Source of the DNA: Eledone cirrhosa
Lineage: Eukaryota
NCBI GenBank assembly: GCA_964016885.1
Contig: OZ024762.1
Location: 17,298,001-17,362,000, forward strand
Reading direction: 5' to 3'
DNA: 64,000 nt
Position 1 is the first letter of the stretch; every line of letters starts with the position of its first letter. The notes under the pieces are model-generated. The model was not told the origin of the DNA and did no database searches. It saw only the letters and a program-made list of their open reading frames with translations. This document shows, one piece after another, positions 57,020 through 64,000 of the stretch. Made by a program: the position numbers and the translations under genes.

Positions 57020-57490
57020 CCAAATTGCTGGCCTTGTGCTCAAATTAGAAACCATTGCAGTAGAATCGGAAGAACGTCGGATACTATGCCTTGCGGCATT
57101 GAGTTACGGCTCTTTACATTCTGAGTTCAAATCCCGCCGAGGTTAGCTTTGCCTTTCATCCTTACGGGGTCGATAAATTAAAGTACCAGTAATGCACTGG
57201 GTAATTGCTGGCCTTGTGCCAAAAGTAGAAACAATTATTATAAAGATGGTGGATTGGTAGGTAATTGGTAGAGCGCCCGATAAGATGTCCTCGTGGCATT
57301 TGTTCTGGCTCTTTCGGAGTTCAAATCCCGGCTAGGTCAATGTTATCTTTCATCCTTCCGAGGGCCGGGGAGGTCGATAAAATAAGGTACCAGTTAAGTA
57401 CTGCGGGTGGGTTGGGGGCGGGGAGTGATTTAATAAACTTTGCCCTTACCCGAAAATTGTTGACTTTGTGCTTAAATTAGAAGTCATTAT
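57020..57490 (+). mobile_element. Head-to-tail run of octopus-type SINEs (tail plus two copies)
   Basis: Tail at about 57020-57055, copy at 57057-57240, older copy at 57245-57490; all with gagttcaaatccc and gtcgataaa..gtaccagt or the aattgctggccttgtgc tail. Confidence 0.85.
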
Positions 57491-57499
57491 AGAAATTGT

Positions 57500-58420
57500 T
57501 AAAACTATCAAGAACATGTTGTAGAGACACCTTATGTTCTTGTGGTGACTATAGACCACATCCCAAATCTTTCTCAGGTAAAATCATTTAACAAACAAAT
57601 AATTAGTCAAGGGTGGGAAACATTTTGGGAAGAATCCAGAGAAAAGCTCACAGATTTCAATCCCCAACTTTCTCTACCAGATTTGACAACATTTAAAACT
57701 TATCAATCAGTTAGTTATGCAAATAAAAAAAGACTATTCTGGCTTCGAACTGGACATATACCTTTGAACTGGACATTACCTTTGAACTGGACATATACCA
57801 TTGAACTGGACATTACCTTTGAACTGGACATTACCTTTGAACTGGACATATACCATTGAACTGGACATATACCTTTGAACTGGACATTACCTTTGAACTG
57901 GACATATACCATTGAACTGGACATATACCATTGAACTGGACATTACCTTTGAACTGGACATTACCATTGAACTGGACATATACCATTGAACTGGACATAT
58001 ACCTTTGAACTGGACATTACCTTTGAACTGGACATTACCTTTGAACTGGACATATACCATTGAACTGGACATATACCATTGAACTGGACATTACCTTTGA
58101 ACTGGACATTACCTTTGAACTGGACATATACCATTGAACTGAACATATACCATTGAACTGGACATATACCATTGAACTACATTCTACCAAGGACAGGTCG
58201 TAGAGATTCGCCTCTATGTTCTTGTGGTCACCCTCCAGAAACTCTTTGGCACTATTTATTCCATTGTAGAAACTATCAGTCTGAGAGAGAGGACATGTTG
58301 AAACCAATCTTTAAGAAACTACCAAGATTGGGAGTGTAATAAATAGTTAAAGATCTACCAAATATAAACTACATCTTTAAGTAGATGGAAGCTAGGAAAT
58401 TATTCAACAAGAGAAACTTC
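57500..58420 (+). pseudogene. C-terminal zinc-knuckle region of an I/R1/Tad1-like LINE ORF2
   Basis: Collapsing the array gives W..FWEE..KL..FNP.L...RLFWLRTGHIPLNYILPRTGRRDSPLCSCGHPPETLWHYLFHCRNY (RLRTGH-like motif plus CxC..ETxxH...C knuckle). Clade is uncertain. Confidence 0.8.
57747..58178. repeat. 18/19-bp minisatellite, about 23 units
   Basis: Units gaactggacatatacc(t/a)tt and gaactggacattaccttt. Confidence 0.97.
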
Positions 58421-58531
58421 TGTTTTACAGCTACCCTTGTCCAGGGAGAACTCTTGTACTCTCAGTCGTTTAACGCCGTGGAAACCGGGATAATTACTGG
58501 TGAGCCTTCTGGCCTGAGACAGACTTTAGAC

Positions 58532-58573
<42 letters not shown>

Positions 58574-58739
58574 CGTATGTGTTATATCTCTGTGGAGCAC
58601 CATGGGATTAGCAGTCATGTCCGTGGTTTCAGTTACTTTTTTTTAAAACCTCTTGTGGAATTGTAAGGGCACTGCCCCCTTGACATACCCATTAAAAGTT
58701 GATGGAACCCTTCCCTCTCCAAGTCTGAATACACCCAGA

Positions 58740-58779
<40 letters not shown>

Positions 58780-58947
58780 GGTGGTGGTGGTGGTGCTGGT
58801 GATGGTGATGGTGGTGATGGTAGTGGTGGTGCTGGTGATGGTAGTGGTGGTGGTGATAGTGGTGGTGCTGGTGGTGATGGTGGTGGTGGTGATGGTGGCG
58901 GTGGTGGCGGCGGTGGTGGTGGTGGTGGTGGTGATAGAGAGAGAGGA

Positions 58948-59009
<62 letters not shown>

Positions 59010-59019
59010 AATCTTACTA

Positions 59020-59155
59020 TAGGATTGGTATTTTTACTTATTAACCACGAAAGGACAAAAGGTAAATTTGACTTCACTAGGATTCGAACTGAGAACTCAG
59101 ACAACTGGAACAAATACTCAGCCAGTTTTACTTCGAAGATTTTACCAATTCACCG
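59020..59155 (-). mobile_element. Degenerate octopus-type SINE
   Basis: ttggtatttttact..cgaaaggacaaaaggtaaatttgact..ggattcgaactgagaac. Confidence 0.65.
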
Positions 59156-60081
59156 ATGACTTAATGAGAGAGGGCAGGCTTGAAAGATCGTTAATGTGAC
59201 CCGAAATAGTTCCAAACTGTAACCCCTTTTAGTTTGAAATGATGATGGTGATGATAATGTTTATGATGATGATGATGATGATGATGATGTTGTTTATATC
59301 ACCGCCACCACCACCGCTGCCGCCACCATATCAACTACCACCACCACTACCACCACTACCACCACCACTAGCACCACTAGCACCACCACCACTATAACCA
59401 CCTACTATCACTACAAACCACTACCATCACTAAAACCACTACTATCATCACCACCACCACCATCACCACCATCACCACCATCACCACCAATCACCACCAC
59501 CACTACCACTGCCACCACCACTGCCACCACCAGCATCACCAGCACCACCAGCACCACCACCATCACCACCATCACCAGCACAACCACCACCACCACCACC
59601 ACTGCCACCACCAGCATCACCAGCAACACCAGCACCACCACCACCACTACCACCATCACCACCAGTACCACCACCACCACCACCACCACCACTACCACCA
59701 CGACCACCAACATCACCACCACCACCACTGCCACCACCACCAGTACCATCACTACCACCATCACCACCACTACCACCACCATCACCAGCACCACCACTAC
59801 CACCACCCCACCACCACCATCACCAGCACCACCACCACCACCACCACTGCCACCAGTACCACCACCACCACTACTATAACCACTACCACCACCACCACCA
59901 CTACCACCATCACCACCAGTACCACCACTACCACTACTATAACCACTACTACCACTACTACCACTGCTGCTGCTGTTATTTCTGCTACAATCCAGTATGT
60001 TCTATATTTAGATTCACTTCAGCTGAGAATAGAAACAACAGGAATACCTTCCTAACACTGAACCTATTTTAACATATAACA

Positions 60082-60121
<40 letters not shown>

Positions 60122-60418
60122 TATATATATACACATATATATATATATAGACATACATATATATATATATATATACATATATATAGACATACATATATAT
60201 ATATATATACATATATATATAGACATACATATATATATATATATACACATATATATATAGACATACATATATATATATATATACACATATATATATAGAC
60301 ATACATATATATATATATATACACACATATATATATAGACATACATATATATATATATATATACACACATATATATATAGACATACATATATATATATAT
60401 ATACACACATATATATAT

Positions 60419-60482
<64 letters not shown>

Positions 60483-60692
60483 ATAGACATACACATATAC
60501 ATATACACACACATATATAGAGAGACATACACATATATATACACATATATAGAGACATACACATATACGCATATATATACACATATATAGAGAGACGTAC
60601 ACATATATACATATACACATATTAAGAGACATATACATAGAGAGACATACACATATACATAGAGAGACATACACATATATATATACATATAC

Positions 60693-60739
<47 letters not shown>

Positions 60740-60761
60740 ATATATATATATATATATATAT

Positions 60762-61188
60762 ATAGGAAAATGTATGACCCCGACGGCAGAGCTCAAGCCG
60801 TTTCGTCGGCTATTTCTGCACCAGAAGTCGAAACGGCTTTAGCTCTGCCCTCGGGATCATACATTTCCCTATATATATATATATATATTATGAAAGTAAA
60901 GCAAAGAAGCCTTCAATACATCAAAAGTCTTTATTAGCCAACAATGTTTCGTCCTATTAAGGACTCATCAGGGCAATTAAAACAACAAGAAGTATTATCG
61001 GCCAATACAAGCCGGAAACTCTATAATACGAAGAGGGTGTTTAACTCCAACACGCTCCAGTATTTTAACCCTTATATATATATATATATTACATATATAT
61101 ACATACACACATACTCTACTACCCTAAGTATTGAGTACTCTGGTGCGTTACGGTCCATCTGGTTCCTTACCACAGCTCCTTCGTTATA
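60762..61188 (+). mobile_element. Fold-back family A cassette split by a second HHR cassette
   Basis: Imperfect palindrome at 60762-60872; family tail resumes at about 61112; intervening 60890-61072 is bounded by TA tracts. Confidence 0.7.
60933..60978 (-). ncRNA. Type I hammerhead ribozyme motif (H1)
   Basis: rc: gcc CTGATGA gtcct taat aggac GAAA c att g TT ggc. Confidence 0.8.
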
Positions 61189-61251
61189 TATAATATATAT
61201 ATATATACAATGATATTAAATAAATGGAAACTATATTTATAAAACCATATT

Positions 61252-61484
61252 TATTCTATTATGTAGAGGGTCTGACGCCATGCTTTGCAGCAAAGAGTTA
61301 CGGCCCTTTATGGTCTGAGTTCAAATCCCGCCGAGGTTAACTTTGCCTTTCATCGTTACAGGGTCGATAAAATAAAGTACCAGTAATACACTGGAATAAT
61401 TGCTGGCCTTGTGCCAAAAGTAGAAACAATTATATATATTTCAAGGGTACCAAAGACTTTGGTACGCTATCATCAGATAAAATA
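61252..61484 (-). ncRNA. Type I HHR motif (H2) interrupted by a SINE
   Basis: rc: tattttat CTGATGA tagc gtaccaaag t ctttggtac cctt GAAA tatata TA [SINE] atagaata. Confidence 0.7.
61263..61428 (+). mobile_element. tRNA-derived octopus-type SINE
   Basis: Near-identical to the 3778 copy; flanked by an ATTAT direct repeat (61258-61262 and 61429-61433). Confidence 0.9.
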
Positions 61485-61696
61485 CAAAGTGTGTTTTATA
61501 AATTGTGACATTCTCCCATAAGGTTGAGATGCAATTTGGGCAATATTAGGCTGCGCTTTCTAGCAACCAGCCTACTAGCCGTAAGGCACCAATCACATTC
61601 TTTCTGACTTGACCACTGCCACGTCACAGTTCTTAGCCATTTTGAATTCGCTTCTGGCGGGGATCATTTAAGAAAAATCTTTGTCCAAGTGAGTTT

Positions 61697-61777
61697 GTTT
61701 CCTGATGAGTTCGAAGCTCGAGAATTTATCCTTGATAAGATATTTCCGAAAGCGAACGAAAGCCTAAGGGTAGAAAC
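61697..61777 (+). ncRNA. Type I HHR motif (H3)
   Basis: gtttc CTGATGA gttcg..long loop..cgaac GAAA gcctaaggg TA gaaac; one mismatch in helix III. Confidence 0.75.
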
Positions 61778-62071
61778 GTAATCCTGGTATGTTTATATAC
61801 ATTTTTTCTTGGAACTTTAATTTTATACCTAATTGTGTATGGTTGACGATATATTTAATCGATTTCTACGTGCTTTTGAAATGATGGGTAAATATTCTAT
61901 AGCTGTTGATCGCGAATAAATGGCTGTCGTTTATTTATCTATCATTTCTTCATAGGTGCCTTTTAATCTTCTAGCCTGGTCTAATTGATTTTTTGTGTGG
62001 TTGATTATGCTAATTGGGAGAGGAAATGGTGTATATATCTTATCAAATGATTCTATGGACATAATTTATAG

Positions 62072-62155
<84 letters not shown>

Positions 62156-62156
62156 C

Positions 62157-62241
<85 letters not shown>

Positions 62242-62320
62242 TATCGAATAAGAAAAAGCGAAGTAGTTTCAGATGTTAAAGTCCTTTAATGATAATGCTG
62301 TGATACATATTTCAATGACG

Positions 62321-62371
62321 ACAGTGACCACACGTTTCGGTGTACCCAGTGCCGTGACATCATCAGACAGC
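62321..62371 (-). ncRNA. Degenerate type I HHR motif (H4)
   Basis: rc: gctgt CTGATGA tgtcacggcactgggtacacc GAAA c gtgtg g TC actgt; helices I and II imperfect. Confidence 0.6.
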
Positions 62372-62689
62372 TTCTTACATAATAAGGTTATGTTTCGAGG
62401 CAATCCAAATTGAATCGACATGGGAATGGACAAAGCGTGTGCTCTTTAATACTTCGCCTGTTCACCTGCGAGTCCCAATTCACCCCCACCAGTCTGCGCA
62501 GGCGCAAGTCCAAAGGAAGTTGACCATCAACTACCCCAAAGTTCTACGAAACTCGCTTAGGCAGGCCTCCCTCTCAACCAAACAATCACCCCACCCAGGT
62601 CTGTAATATGACACCGTGTCATATTACATATATGTAGGTTTTGCATTTTCCTGTTGACAAGTGTTTTTAGGCCTCATATCATGTTACCT

Positions 62690-62759
62690 TATTTTATCTG
62701 ATGAGAACACAATTTTTGTCCCAGGATGATATTGTTTTCGAAATGGCAATAATAAAATA
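62690..62759 (+). ncRNA. Type I HHR motif (H5)
   Basis: tattttat CTGATGA gaacacaat..attgttttc GAAA tggcaa TA ataaaata; helix I is 8 bp perfect. Confidence 0.8.
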
Positions 62760-62976
62760 TATGGAACTTCTTTAACCATCTTTTAATTTCTTCTTTAATA
62801 TATACTCCAGTTCTACCAACTGTTGAGTGCTACTTATCTGATATATGCATAGTTTTATTGTTCTACAATATTACTCACCTTCTACATATATATAGATATA
62901 TATAGACATATATGTCCCAAGGCTCTGATACCATCAAGACTATAAACACAGAGCTGGCATATCTAAGAACTGACTA

Positions 62977-63032
62977 ACTGCCTGATGAGGTCATAGCCAT
63001 TGAATGGCTATCATCGAAATATATATAGCAGT
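62977..63032 (+). ncRNA. Type I HHR motif (H6)
   Basis: actgc CTGATGA ggtc atagccat tga atggctat catc GAAA tatata TA gcagt; palindromic helix III. Confidence 0.85.
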
Positions 63033-63073
63033 AAATAAAGGATTATGAGTTCATGCAATTGACTTATGTTTCG

Positions 63074-63114
<41 letters not shown>

Positions 63115-63120
63115 CACTTG

Positions 63121-64000
63121 GGTAGATCAACCACCAGTCACATCCTGATGCTGAGGAGGATATTAGAGGGAGCTAGAGCAAAGTGCCTTCCTGCGGTCAT
63201 GGTTTTCATTGACTTTAGGAAGGCCTTTGATTCTGTGGACCGTTACTGCCTGATGAAGATCTTACAGGCTTGTGGAATCCCCAAGAAGATAATGGACCTG
63301 ATATCACTGCTCTACACCAACACCAAAGCCCAAGTCATTACACCTGATGGGATGACAGAGTTCTTTGAGATACTGGCTGGAGTGCTCCAGGGAGATACAT
63401 TGGCTCCCTACCTTTTTATCATCGTAGTGGACTATTGTATGCGCCTTGCACTGGAGAAACACCAGGACTCTGGCTTTACTGTAGCACCGGCTCAGAGCAG
63501 GAGAGTTAGGGCGAAAAAGGTATCGGATGCTGAATTTGCCGACGACATAGTTTTGGTGACAAATACAGTGAAGGAGGCAGAGGATTTGATGCGGGAGGTT
63601 GAGACTGTGTCGATGAGTGTGGCGCTGAGAATGAATGAGACTAAAACAAAATATCTGGTAGAGAATGTTGAGAAGCCTGAGGGGATCACTAATGTAGGCG
63701 GGAAGCCGCTGGAATTGGTTGAGGACTTCCTGTATTTGGGAGCAAAGATTGGGAATACGGAGGATGATGTGGTTGAGAGGAAGAGCAAGGCCTGGGCGGC
63801 GTGCCACAGCTTGAGATCGGTGTGGAAGTCGGACCTTCGTAGAGACCTGAAAATCCGCCTCTTCATTGCTGTAGTGGAGTCTGTGCTGCTGTATGGGTCT
63901 GAGACTTGGACACTGACCAAGAAACTCACTCAGATGGTGGATGGGTGCTACACGAGAATGCTGAGGATGGCTCTGAACATTAATCAGTATACACTGAGGA
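63121..64000 (+). mobile_element. RTE-clade LINE reverse transcriptase, 5' truncated, frame open to window end
   Basis: My translation: GRSTTSHILMLRRILE..FIDFRKAFDSV..GVLQGDTLAPYLFII..FADD..MNETKTKY..FLYLG..LLYGSETW; no stop in 293 codons. Confidence 0.95.

Noticed and set aside
60953-60962. CArG-consensus CCTATTAAGG
   Set aside because: It is helix II of hammerhead H1, so it was not counted as a regulatory site.
63304-63929. Two minus-strand ORFs in the track
   Set aside because: Antisense shadows of the plus-strand RTE RT frame.

Overview
Eukaryotic, repeat-dominated window with no recognisable host protein-coding exon, rRNA, tRNA or CRISPR array. The SINE families, the heavy (TA)n/(TG)n/(GA)n/trinucleotide load and a 200-N scaffold gap look like an octopod cephalopod genome; this is my inference from memory of octopus SINEs, not a database result. 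Almost all ORFs in the track are microsatellite artefacts. Real coding remnants are all retroelement-derived: three RTE-clade LINE pieces (one an uninterrupted RT frame at 63121-64000 that the ORF track misses), a short bipartite RTE-like element, a CR1/L2-like tail, a CRE-clade REL-domain tail and a zinc-knuckle LINE tail. The most striking signal is a set of about 10 complete or degenerate minimal type I hammerhead ribozyme (HHR) motifs plus several half-motifs. They sit in short cassettes inserted in TA microsatellites and resemble Penelope-like pseudo-LTRs or retrozymes. Six cluster in 60.9-63.1 kb, several are folded back or truncated at helix II, and one is split by a SINE at its cleavage site. 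Three tandem arrays demonstrably arose inside transposons. The few unique islands repeatedly carry the identical CArG box CCATATATGG, suggesting an SRF-type regulatory landscape. Coordinates of degenerate repeats are approximate.
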